Shown piece by piece: positions 25,001 to 38,244 of a DNA stretch of 64,000 bases. The notes under the pieces were generated by a model. It was not told the DNA's origin, did not search any database, and saw nothing but the letters and a program-made list of their open reading frames with translations. The stretch is from Pecten maximus (lineage: Eukaryota). How positions within the stretch are numbered: the first letter of the stretch is position 1; every line of letters begins with the position of its first letter. Location: assembly GCF_902652985.1 (NCBI RefSeq), contig NC_047024.1:41850001-41914000 (forward strand), written 5' to 3'. Both the position numbers and the translations under genes were made by a program.

Positions 25001-28000
25001 CGCAGCACGAGTGAAAAATATCAAAATATTAGCTACACGATATTCTGTTTATTACATTCTTTATCAACGAAAAACCTACCCCGTATGCTAACTAGAACTA
25101 CAGCGACAATTAGTTAATAATTAATAATTAACTAAAAGTAGTTTCTAAAAGTAGTTTTATACAAACCTGACATTAATTTAAAAAAAAAAAAAAAAAAAAA
25201 CGTTGTCCCCATTTTTTTTCGAAACATCCGGAAAATGATTCTTTAATCAATACGATTTGAAAAAAGAGATGTTTTTGATATAGTATATCAATTGCAGTGT
25301 TATGCAAATATATCAATAGATTTGATGCGATATGTATTGATTTGAATGTAGTAAAAGTGTGCACTAAACATGATGAAGTAGCACATGCGGATAATCTGGG
25401 GTTGGTCTTTTATAGGAATTATGTCGCTTTCAAAATTTGACATTGACATCTCCTCAAATATCTAATACTATCTTACGCTTTAGAAATAATATTGTTGATT
25501 ATACTCTGTTCATTCAAAACTACTAAAATTGAGCTAGGCTAACGTGACCATTGTTTTGTTTTCCTTGTTTAACACATCAAAACGCATTCTACGTAAATCG
25601 ATATACAGACTGTCTATCAAATTCATATGCTGATATTAATATGTAATTTTGATAGTTTACATTTTACCTTCAATGCAGCTTATTCCGCTGTAACCTGGTT
25701 TACACACGCACGTGCCGTTAGAACTACAGGTGGCTGTATTGCTTTTGTCACATGTGCAGGTTGAAAAGCACCCAGCTCCGTACGTCCACAGAGGACAAGC
25801 TGTACGAAAAAATGCAAAAATAAAGTATAAGGTATTGTGTGACCCTTCGAAACAGTACTACGTGAGGTTGCGATGCTATTAATAGCATAGAATATATCAA
25901 ATGACTTTGCCTCAAACAAAACATGCATGATCATGGTGAATTCATTGCACGAATGAACAGTCAAACATAACTCAATCTGTACAGGGTTTAGGAATGTCAA
26001 GAGTATCTGTGTACGAAATGTCCCTACATGAGTGAGGTCGCAAGGGCTATATACTAAAGACAATTAAGTTTGAGGAAGAAAGACATTCAAAAGATTTAAA
26101 TTAGCATCATCATAAATTAGTCTGCTCTTAAAGCATCTTACTTTCGTTACAGATAAGTCCAGTGTAGCCTGTATTGCACGCGCAACTCCCGTTCACATGA
26201 CTGCACGTGAGAGTGTTGTTTGGGATACATGAACAGTTTTCAGTACATCCTGCTCCATACGTATAACCAGAGCAAGCTGAAAATATGACACAAAATCATT
26301 GACATCCTGTTACCCGGAAAAATGATACGTCTCTCAAGTACCAGAAAAAAAATCACATTTTGTGTTACAATTGTGTCTGTCAATTCCAACTGTTGTAGAT
26401 AAGTGTAAGAATGACATTTCTGTAGTTATAGATGTTTTATACTTTTTAATCACTTGCTGCATTACGTTCTCTTACCAGTTTCACAGTTAGTACCGATGTA
26501 ACCCGGCTTACACGTGCAGGCACCGCTCACGTCGTTACATGTTTCGCTGTTGGCTTGGACACATGTGCAATCATTTCCACAATCGTTCCCAAATTTCCAA
26601 GGAACACACGCTGAAAGAAATACAAATCCTAATTCATTTTGATTTTAAAATCTTGGTTCGTAGTTTTTATGAAAATGTATCTGTCCCATCGTCTCGATTT
26701 AGTTCCGATGCATAGTTTCTTCATAACTTAGGACCGTTTTACAACTGAAATGCCAAATGACATACTCCGTAACCTTGTTTTGATTTACACACCACAGTAC
26801 CTTACAGTTTTAAAATCATTTGACCTCCAACAGTTCTGACGGACTAGCCTCTATTCGGACTTATCGAGTCGTATGAATACGCGATTGAGATATATATCGC
26901 ATTGATCATGTTGTATTAACCAAAACTGACTGTGATGCGGTTAACAGTAATAGTTGCTACATTGGGCAAACATGATCCCAAACGTTGGACGGTTGTTTAC
27001 CAAGTGTATCTGACTCTCGTATTAGGAAATGAAACTTTTAACTCGTGTCTTTTCAATATTTGGAAAACTAATAACTCGGTTGTTGAACAACCATCAGTTG
27101 TTTTGGAACCTGTTTTCATCTCAATTTGAATATTTCGAAATATTACACATATTTCTAAAATGATTCTCAAATAAAAATAGCCCAGGGTATCAGTAATATA
27201 AGTGTTTATACTTACACGATTCACAGTTTGTCCCAAAATAACCAGAGTGACATGTACACTCTCCATTAGTACTACTACAGGTCGCCGTGTTGGCCTGGAC
27301 ACACGTGCAATCACTGACGCAGCCAGATCCATATTTCCAGCTGCTACAGGCTGCAAAATTAACGTTTAATTCTAGACAAACCGAACTCATATTTTTAATT
27401 ATAAGTCCACCATTCAGCTACATGTAAAACTGTCGTTGTGTTGTACTGTTTTCGCTTTTAGATTTTAAATTTAAATCTGGTTATATTTAGATTAGCTTGC
27501 TTGATGGATTAAGGTATAAACGTAGATGTATATACATTTTTGTCTACTGTAAACAAAATCATTAGTTTGTATTATTAAAATTCTACGAAAAGTTTAACAC
27601 CAAGTCAAACATTTTTCTCGTGGAAATTTTGAAACAAACCATAAACTTTAATGCTATTAACTATTCATTAAGTGTATTGGGCGTAGCTGTTATCAACTAG
27701 GTTCTGGTTTGATAACAGAGGAAGGGAGTGTGACATGCAGCATCCAAGGGTAAATATCATAATATATAAAGGGTATGCTATAATAGCTGTTGAATCTTTT
27801 GATATATGCCTACTTTAATCAGCTTTCGAATCATGTACAGTAAACCCCTTTTCAGAAAGCGACCGTCGATGAAGTCACCTACCTGTGTCACAGTTCGTCC
27901 CCGAGTAGCCCGGATTGCATGTGCAGGTTCCGTCTGCGCTATTACAGGCTACTGTGTTGGCCTGTAGACACATGCAATCACTCGCACAATTGACACCGTA

Positions 28001-31000
28001 TTTCCATGCGCTGCAAGCTGACATCAACATAATATTAACTATTTTGTATTCGAAAAGCTTATCCAAACGATGACTATACACTGTTACATAGGTTGCTCTA
28101 TATTGTGTGACAACCCGCAGTCACAAATAAAGTAGACGATATCACAACAGTGTCTGTAGGGTCAAATCAGACCTATAAAAATTTCCAGGCCAGTGACCAA
28201 TCTGCTATGATGTCGGTTGCAAATGAAAAAATTGCCTTTATACTAGTTTAAATCCTACTCCATTTGTTTGGTTTAAAACGAACGATTTTTCGCAATTAAT
28301 TTTCCCACCCTGTTGTATTTTTATTATTAAAATGAAAAAAATGTCAAATGCTTAAGAAAAGAAAAAAAATTAAATAAAAAATGAATAAATATAATAAATC
28401 AAAAGTGAATAAATAACAAATAATGTATCATACTGAGTTTGTAGCAAAAGTTAGATGGCATCCTTGCAGTTTCCGAAAACCAGCTCAAAACGGCGGAATG
28501 ATAATATCAATTATAAGAATACAAATTCAAATTACGTAAGAGACGGAACAATAATATCCATGGGGACATCATTAAAGATGATAAACCCAAGATAATGCGC
28601 TGCATTAGTAAGACGATTAACATGGCACTGTACCTGTTATGTTAGCATGGTATACTTACATGATTCACAATTATTTCCGGAGTAACCAAGATGACATGTG
28701 CAGTCTCCATTAACGCTGTTGCAGGTCACGGTGTTGGCTTGTACACATGTGCAGTCACTGACGCAACCAGACCCATATTTCCAGGCACTGCACGCTAATA
28801 CAAACAAAAAACGGGTTACTCCATGTTACGTAAATCTTAACGTATATATAATGCCATCCCTTCTTCATCTACCTATGTGGATACATGTTCCAGGCACTGC
28901 ACGCTTATACAAACAAAAAACGGGTTACTCTATGTTACGTAAATCTTAACGTATACATAATACCTTCCCTTCTTCCATTACCTATGTGGTTACATGTTCC
29001 TGGCACTGTACGCTAATACAAACAAAAAACGGATTACTCTATGTTACGTAAATCTTAACGTATATATAATACCATCCCTTCTTCCTCTACCTATGAGGAT
29101 ACATGTTCCAGGCACTGCACGCTAATACAAACAACAAACGGATTACTCTATGTTACTTACCTCGATATTCACTTATAGATAATAATATCCCTTCTTCCTC
29201 TACTTATGTGGATACATGTTCTACTTGATTCGACTATCAAAGAAAAATCACTATGATTTCTACGATAGATGACGACTTCTCACCGAGAAGTTAACAATGC
29301 AGGATTTGGGGGATGCGGGTTGATCATGATCGTAGGAAAGGTTTATAGACGACAACGTGATCGCCTTTTGACATACTCTTTTGTCTTGTGTGTATGCAGA
29401 CATACGTTTTTATTGCTTGCTGATATGTCGAGGTTCTATTAAAAACGCCATAGTTCTCTTTTTGAGGACGTGACATCACCCTTATTTTGCATAAAACTTA
29501 TTTATGACGAGTGTCGACGATAAGCTGAAGCCACTTATTACTCTAAACACATGGTTTTATTCTCATTGACTTTTCTTGCCACAGGTCTTAATGCAACTCG
29601 GTTTTTTAAATATGGTTTTGACCTCTTTTTATCGATTTTTGAATCTGTTACTTTCACTTATTAGCATTCTCTGTTGTCTTTAATCAGAAACATGTTCAGC
29701 ATAAGCGTTGGAACAATTAAGAATTCAATAGAGACAAATTAAATATTTAAAATGATAAATATATTTTTTTAATTATGTGGCAGGTAAAAGAATCCCCTCA
29801 TACCCTCATAATCTATGTTTGACAGACTTAACCAGTGAAAAGCGCTCTGGAAATGTACTCATATAAATTCTGTATTATACATACGTACACATCAGAATTG
29901 ACAAAAGGGTCGCTTAAATCAAAAATATGAAAACAAATAGCATTAACATTATGAATCTCTTGTAAACCTACCGGTGTCACAAATAATTCCGGAGTATCCA
30001 GGGTCACACAAACATTGCCCGTTTTCATTAATACAGCTAGCGGTGTTAGCCTGTACGCATGTACAGTCACTGCTACAACCATCACCATACTTCCAGGCGC
30101 TACATGCTAAAATGAATATTGAAACATTTATTGTTAAGTGAAACATGAACTAATAAAATGTTTTTGGTTAATTATGAAAATAAGTTACTTTGCCATTCAT
30201 TATGTGTACAAACATATGTATATATTTCTGTATTAAGGACTGGGCAATACACATCCTCTTATATTTCTTCGCGTATCGTCACTCGTGTATTAAGGCGAAA
30301 TTTTACCTGAACATTTCGGCATACCGTTCCTTGACACCGTCAAAACAAGTGCTTTGTTGAGGGTTTGCATGTGACAAAACTGGATGTAAGACTCAATAGA
30401 TAGATGTAATATCTCCTAGTGAGGTAGAGTTTAGAAAAAAAAACCCGATCCCTTAGCTGTTTCATGGTAAAATTATAACGACACTCGATATGTCAACACC
30501 TTTTTAATAATTGTTGTTTGTTACATAGGTTGAGTCTAATTATAGTGAAATCTGTTGTTTTACTAGCGGTCACGCATAGTCATAATTAAACACATACAGA
30601 CACTTGTAGTGACACATACAATTTAGTCACAATATAACCCAGTAAGACACAAACAGACACTTATAGTCACAGAAAGTAACAATGATATACAATTAGACAA
30701 GATCAGACATTTATAGTCACACATAGTCACAATATATAGAGGATTTCTAACATTGTCTTTAGTAATACCAAATATATTTCACGAGGGGGCTAATATTTTG
30801 ATATTTTTCACGAGTGCGCAGCTAAAATATTAGGCACACGAGTGAAATAAATTTGGTATTACTGAAGACACTGTTAGATATTCTGTTTATTACATTTGTT
30901 ATCAACGAAAAACCTACCCCGTATACTAACTAGGTCTACAGCGAAAGTTTACATAAATAGTACGTTTATAGTAGTTCCCCTTATCCAGGTGCTGACATAT

Positions 31001-34000
31001 ATGTCGGGCTTTCTGATTGGTCAATTATTTTGGTATTTTCTAATCATTAATTTCATTGGTCAAATCAGCAAAAATTTCACTTTTAAAAAATAAATATTTT
31101 TGATATTTCATTGGTAAAAATGTAATAAAACACGCGTATACATATATAGGTAATTACACCCTTTACATAGCCACAATAAACCACAGTTTGGCAAAGAAAG
31201 ACACATTTAGCCACAGATAGGCACATATATACATAGTTAGATACAGAAAAACATATTTACGCAAATATATCAAATACCGGCACAGTAAGGAACTGGAAAT
31301 GCACAACTAGTTACATTTAGGCCGTGATCAAATTAGATACCGATAAATAGTTAGATAATTCTTTTATAATTACCATTTTCACAGTTTGTCCCAATGTAAC
31401 CTGCACTACATGTACAGGCCCCGTTTACATTGTTACAAGATGCTGAGTTAGCTTGTACACATGTACAATCACTTCCGCAGCCGGATCCGTACTTCCAGTC
31501 GCTGCAACCTGAAACAAATATTGTAGCGGTTGGATGAAACATTCAACGCGCTCGTATCTGATGGCACAAATGCTAGTTGACTGCAACATTGCCTGATTTC
31601 CGACATATTTGGTTGTATTTTATCACTTCGGTCGACAAAATTAATTGAAAGAAAACAATTAATCCAACTTACTAGATCCACACGTTTCGTCCTGGTATCC
31701 ATCTTTGCATTTACAAAAGGGGAGACTACTCAAGTCACAGAACGCGGTGTTCCTTGAGTTACATACGTCACAAATGTCAATAGGGCCTCCCGTCACTATT
31801 CCACAATCGATGATGCAAACAAAGCAAAAAAGAAACAGAATAATCAAATTTCGCAAGCACAATTTAGTTTTTTTTTCAAATATGGATTTAAAAAATTTGA
31901 TTTAGAACAAATTCACTATGTTTAAATATATTTTTGCAACTTAATGTTCAAATTTGTAGCATTGATACACTCATGTGTGAATTTTTTCTCCATATGTCAG
32001 TGAGTTTTCGGTAAATGTTGATGTTTTAACAACAGGAACATCAAATACGTAAATACAGTTTGTCCTATGTCTATATTTATCCATATTTCATATTACATGC
32101 GGGATTTAGGCAACATCCAGAGCTTACCAAACACCGAACTTAAATGATTGAATAATCAAAATTTCTTAAATACAGATCGAATGATGACATTTTTTCTTAA
32201 CTCATTCAGTTGAAAAAATATGCATATCAAAAGTAACGTAATAAATAAAGACTTGATTATACACAATTTTATATCTCATATGATCATACCTATACCGCCG
32301 CCTCCAATTATTGACTCCGGGGCTGTAAATCAAAATTAAACGTCACTATAACTTGCTCCAAACACGGCCAAATACCAAATTAAAAGGAATCTAATAATAT
32401 ATATTAAAGTAATAAGCAAACGGTTTCACTTATTTATTAAAAATATACCCTACCCCATACCATGTTGAAAAGGCAAGAAACAATGTCATTTGTTAATGTA
32501 CAATGTTTATAAATATATAATGAGGAAACATGATAAGAACAATAAATGTGGTTTCTAAAACAGCAGGCAGTCTCTTCATATTACCCTGGCTATTTCAATG
32601 ACACATGAAATGAGAGAAATAAACTTCTTGACTTTTCTTACTAAAACATAACATTTCGAAGAGAATCAAATACTCTCTAAATATTCTAAAATCATTGTTT
32701 CATGATTCAACTCGCAATGATATTTATCTAACTTTCTGTGTGTCAATACACAAAAATGTTTTATCAAAGATGTCAACACCTTTTTGGTTCCATTTTTGTT
32801 GAATAATTAGTATGGGTAATGCCATATTTAAAACTACTACATTCCATATGTGCAATGGCTTGGAATAAACAACACAGAGAAACGTACATGGTATCAATAA
32901 AAATAATGTAGAATTCAGTTAATCAATTGTATACTAAAAATAATTAAATACAAGTGTAATCAATTATTCAGAGTGTATGTGTGTCAAATAACTTTACCAC
33001 TTCCGGTGAGATGTGCAGCAGGTACAGCTCCTGAAAATGTCATAACCATATCTCAATTAATTTTTGCTAGTAATTGTATTGTATATGATAGACGCTATTA
33101 AAATAATCATTAGTTTGTAAAAATAAAAATAATTTATTCTTATCTAGAAGGAAACAATAGCGATGTAATATAGTATAGGAGCTTACGTTTTCCAAGATGA
33201 GTTTTACGTTTCTTTGAGCATGTACTTCCGCTCCATCGATATTTACATCGACAACTTCCGGTCGCATGGTCACAATAACGGGAATTTCCACGTATGCAGT
33301 TACATTTATGTGTACACCCAGACCCGTATGTCCACTCAGGGCAAGCTAGATAACAAAACCGATAAGCGAGCAGTTCACATGCACATGTATGATCATAACT
33401 GGACTTGCCAAAAGTATATTTTACATTGATATCAGTATGTAGATGTAGATGTCAGACTTAACAGTTAAACGAGCAATATACTAACACTTTGTCATTTTTT
33501 TTCAAAATATTTCCTTACATTATTGTTAAAAAAATTAACTAAAAATCAAAGATATTATTTTATGAGTGTGGTTGGGTTTCAAACTAACAAAGCAGAAGTA
33601 ATTTAGGGTGATATTCTTCTGTACCATAAGGCAGTAGATTGTGTATAATATTTTAAAGAAAACAGGTTATTAACACATTTTCCCCCTTTTCCTGTTCGAT
33701 ATACACAGACTTTTATCCAATGTCAGAGATAGTGATCGGGAAAAATGGTTGCCATCATGAACGTATAGGAACATATCATATTTTCGTCCATGCAATCTAG
33801 ATTCTTACGAGTTCGAGTTTCCATTGAAATCTTTATTTTTGCTTCATAGTTTGCCCTCGTTTTTATCGCCTGTGACTTTTAATGCTGGTTTTGTTATTAT
33901 GTTATTATTCTTTGTTATTACTCTTTTGATCTAGAAATAATTATTGGTCGTCAAATTGAGGATACCACCAACATACTTACCTCTGCATTGCGTTTCCTCT

Positions 34001-34823
34001 TCGCCCCGCCAATATCCGATCGGACACTGGAGTTCCTCCGCATCAACAGTTTTTATTTCATTGCTAGAATATACCAATATAAAAAAAATAATAATGATAC
34101 TCTGGTCTCGAGAAATTAAGCCAGAACTGCTTTTTCTATAGTTTATAGCGAGATTTATTGACGACTAAGTCACATAGAGGATTATATTCGTCTAACGCGG
34201 TTTTAAATAGTGTCCTGGTTAGAGACAAAATCTATATCAAAATAGCCAAAACCAAATCAGATGAAAATACCATTGATATCATTCAGCCAATTATGTTTAA
34301 TTAAAGAAACAGGCTACTCTTCTTTCGTCATACATAGATATATAAAATACGGACAAAAATATCTTATTTACACCGAAACAATAGTTTTAACAATGCATTT
34401 ATCTACAGGTATATGAATCAAATACTATTTGATTATCACGAAATCAACCCAATTCAGAAAAAAAAACTTACTTTAGAATGATTACGATAACACGACGAGC
34501 GACAAACCTATTGTTTCGTACTTTAATCCTCAAAATCCGAAAACCTCATTGAACTGTCCTGATTGACATTGTTTTGAACAGGTAGCTATCACTTAGACCA
34601 CTTGAAGTGTTAGTTATATTTAGATACCATCGTTGATGTTTATACTCTTTCAAATAAGCGAAAACAATGTTTAAATAATATTAATAATAAAATGTAATTG
34701 ATTACATTACCTTTTCTGTTCTGTATTTGTTGTGAAGCAATTAAATCCCGGTTCTAACAGGAGGAAAATTGCTAGAAAAGCGATCATGATTACAAATGTT
34801 GATCTTCTAACATAATGTTTCAT
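21630..34823 (-). CDS. Gene C: complete multi-EGF type-I membrane receptor (MEGF10/CED-1/Draper-like), 20 exons, ~899 aa, 13 Cys modules, ITAM-like C-terminus
   Basis: Exons: 34711-34823 (signal peptide MKHYVRRSTFVIMIAFLAIFLLLEPG), 33981-34063, 33187-33345, 32998-33030, 32290-32322, 31673-31819 (acceptor mutated), 31374-31508, 29972-30106, 28660-28794, 27883-28017, 27216-27350, 26476-26610, 26142-26276, 25668-25799, 24535-24669, 24069-24203, 23371-23505, 22735-22843 (TM ALVGILGFLAAFVLVVIIAVVLW), 22409-22500, 21630-22078. Phases are all compatible and the total is 2700 nt. Confidence 0.88.
24918..25110. mobile_element. Unclassified interspersed repeat with internal palindrome (copy 1, truncated)
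   Basis: tagaggatatctaacagtgtcttcagtaata...tttttcacgagtgcgcagcacgagtgaaaaata; shared with 30735-31130; absent from gene A. Confidence 0.7.
28781..29220. repeat. 109-bp tandem repeat, 4 copies, containing the acceptor of gene C exon 28660-28794
   Basis: cc(a/t)ggcactg at 28781, 28890, 28999 and 29108. Confidence 0.93.
30735..31130. mobile_element. Unclassified interspersed repeat with long 5' palindrome (copy 2)
   Basis: ctaacattgtctttagtaataccaaat...atttggtattactgaagacactgttag; interrupts the agtcac-rich intron; absent from gene A. Confidence 0.72.
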
Positions 34824-36399
34824 ATACGAGTAAAATAGTTTAAAGCTGTTATTTTACTTGTGAAAAATATTTGTTATTTCCGCTCAAACTGAGAACAACC
34901 ACTTCCTGTATCCTGGTAGGGATGGACTTTCATGTGTACTATAACAATACCACCAGCTTGTTTTATTTAATATATACTAACATTAAACTATGCTACTATG
35001 TGAAATTAGTGTTTCGGCATTATAGTAACATTAACCAGGCTTTTTAGCAAATTAGTGTATAGTCAGCTTTGACTTCCAATGATGATATATATCTCTACTG
35101 ATCTGAAACGAAACATTTTATTTTAACTAACCTGAAAAGTAACTGTATACTTTTTATCTAAAATTTTTCATAACTTAACTAAATGTTTACGCTGATTATA
35201 CACTCAGAGATGTCGACCTTTATTAAGGATAGCACGTGTTTTGCCAGCCTCGATACTAAATTTGCTTTTTCATTGCCAAATTTTGCCTGATGAAATGTCT
35301 TTTTTTTTTGCAGGAACAGTCGATGTTAATATTTCAAAAACTGCAGAAAACAGTTCTAGTTGCTTCAAATTTAAGGTAAATGGGATGAGTTTCCTTATCA
35401 GCATTATACTTTGTATGTGTGAGCTAACAGCTTGTGTTTGGTCTTGATAGGGGAACGGTATTTGTATACTTGTACAGTGTTTTAACTTGAATCTGATTAG
35501 GTACTGTTTTAATAGGTAGCATCGCTTAACTCAAATTCAAAATATACATTTTATGGAGTTTGATCTTACTTCAAGACCTGATTATTTCGTTGTTTTTATT
35601 TATTTATTTTTTGGGGGGGGGGGGGGGGGGGGGGTGTTGTTTTTGTTTTACGTAATTACGTAACGTTATTTTAGTTTGCATCCTGTTGTTGTGAGCCGAA
35701 ATCTGATATATTTTGTACATTGAACATCAATATATTTTGTATCCTCAACATATTCCCATTAGCTTGTTATTAACCATACACAGATTTTTTTTCTTACATA
35801 CGGTAATGCCTTGACTGCTAGATCGGATACATCACTATCACACAAAGTAGGGAAAGAGAGCTGGACGCGCGAGGATGCCACTCACAATAGCGTATATATG
35901 TAACAGAACCACCTCTCTATTTTTTTTACGTCCTCAATATCGACGCAAATTATCTAGGTCATGAAAGATAACGCGATGAGAAGCTTTCACAAGCCTTACT
36001 CTTTGGTGCTGTATTTTCTAAGTACGAAAAAAATATTCAAATATGTCTCAACTCTCGTATAAGAGTTTGTTTGGCAATCCGCGTGCTGGCCATCCAAACT
36101 CTTCCGCTCGGGTTGAGATATCCTATCTACGGAACAGGCCCATTTAATAATATATTTGTTCTAAAAGATACCTCCCCCGTCTTTGTTCATTCTGTATACC
36201 CATAACATATCTGATCTTGTATGTATCATCCATATGTCTGCACACACACATGCGGATATTATACTCATCAAATTGTATATTGATTCCATTCCGGAAATAT
36301 CTGGCGAGTTTCCGTATCCGACATGTGCTGTCGAGAACTGAATAGAAATTATTATCAATTGATATTACTGTTGATAAGTATGATAAAAATCGTTACATA
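34824..36399. promoter_or_regulatory. Putative bidirectional promoter between gene C and gene D start codons (second copy 38245-39826)
   Basis: Divergent ATGs ~1.58 kb apart; ETS-like cores accacttcctg (~34898) and ccggaaat (~36291); GATA-like gataag near the D ATG. Confidence 0.5.
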
Positions 36400-36494
36400 A
36401 TGATACTTGGTAGTTCTTTACCCATATTATTTGGAGTTGTATGGCTGATGACGTCGATGAGTACAGGCAGTTTACAACCACAGAGGAATGATAG
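36400..36494 (+). CDS. Duplicate copy of gene D exon 1 (signal peptide MILGSSLPILFGVVWLMTSMSTG), orphan or alternative first exon
   Basis: Intact ATG and AG|gtatgt donor; 2 aa differ from 39827-39921; lies inside the 3.4-kb duplication. Confidence 0.55.
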
Positions 36495-37401
36495 GTATGT
36501 CTTTGATTGATATGTTTTTCATATTTTAGTTTCATTTAATTAATATCTTTCATTTCAAAGATAATATGCATAATTTGAAGAAAAACATTCTCTCATATAT
36601 AATATAATATTTTAGAAACACGTTTTTATTATATGTGCGTTACAAATACAGAAATTTATGGCATTTTTGAAAATTACATAAATATGGAACTTGTTATGAT
36701 GCAGAACTCGTTAATCTAAGCTCACATGATATATATATATGTTATCTTTATATATCATATATATCAACTGATGAATTCAAATGTTGAAAGGCATTTTCTA
36801 TATTCACTTATGATCATAACTGGACTTGCCAAAAGTATATTTTACATTGATATCAGTATGTAGATGTAGATGTCAGACTTAACAGTTAAACGAGCAATAT
36901 ACTAACACTTTGTCATTTTTTTTCAAAATATTTCCTTACATTATTGTTAAAAAAATTAACTAAAAATCAAAGATATTATTTTATGAGTGTGGTTGGGTTT
37001 CAAACTAACAAAGCAGAAGTAATTTAGGGTGATATTCTTCTGTACCATAAGGCAGTAGATTGTGTATAATATTTTAAAGAAAACAGGTTATTAACACATT
37101 TTCCCCCTTTTCCTGTTCGATATACACAGACTTTTATCCAATGTCAGAGATAGTGATCGGGAAAAATGGTTGCCATCATGAACGTATAGGAACATATCAT
37201 ATTTTCGTCCATGCAATCTAGATTCTTACGAGTTCGAGTTTCCATTGAAATCTTTATTTTTGCTTCATAGTTTGCCCTCGTTTTTATCGCGTGTGACTTT
37301 TAATGCTGGTTTTGTTATTATGTTATTATTCTTTGTTATTACTCTTTTGATCTAGAAATAATTATTGGTCGTCAAATTGAGGATACCACCAACATACTTA
37401 C

Positions 37402-38244
37402 CTCTGCATTGCGTTTCCTCTTCGCCCCGCCAATATCCGATCGGACACTGGAGTTCCTCCGCATCAACAGTTTTTATTTCATTGCTAGAATATACCAATA
37501 TAAAAAAGAATAATAATGATACTCTGGTCTCGAGAAATTAAGCCAGAACTGCTTTTTCTATAGTTTATAGCAAGATTAATTGACGACTAAGTCACATAAA
37601 GGATTATATTCGTCTAACGCGGTTTTAAATAGTGTCCTGGTTAGAGACAAAATCTATATCAAAATAGCCAAAACCAAATCAGATGAAAATACCATTGATA
37701 TCATTCAGCCAATTATGTTTAATTAAAGAAACAGGCTACTCTTCTTTCGTCATACATAGATATATAAAATACGGACAAAAATATCTTATTTACACCGAAA
37801 CAATAGTTTTAACAATGCATTTATCTACAGGTATATGAATCAAATACTATTTGATTATCACGAAATCAACCCAATTCAGAAAAAAAACTTACTTTAGAAT
37901 GCTTACGATAACACGACGAGCGACAAACCTATTGTTTCGTACTTTAATCCTCAAAATCCGAAAACCTCATTGAACTGTCCTGATTGACATTGTTTTGAAC
38001 TGGTAGCTATCACTTAGACCACTTGAAGTGTTAGTTATATTTAGATACCATCGTTGATGTTTATACTCTTTCAAATAAGCGAAAACAATGTTTAAATAAT
38101 ATTAATAATAAAATGTAATTGATTACATTACCTTTTCTGTTCTGCATTTGTTGTGAAGCAATTAAATCCCGGTTCTAACAGGAGGAAAATTGCTAGAAAA
38201 GCGATCATGATTACAAATGTTGATCTTCTAACATAATGTTTCAT
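37402..38244 (-). CDS. Duplicate copy of gene C exons 1-2 (38132-38244, 37402-37484), orphan, alternative or misplaced 5' end of gene A
   Basis: Nearly identical to 34711-34823 and 33981-34063 (one T>A amino-acid change seen); splice sites intact. Confidence 0.55.
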
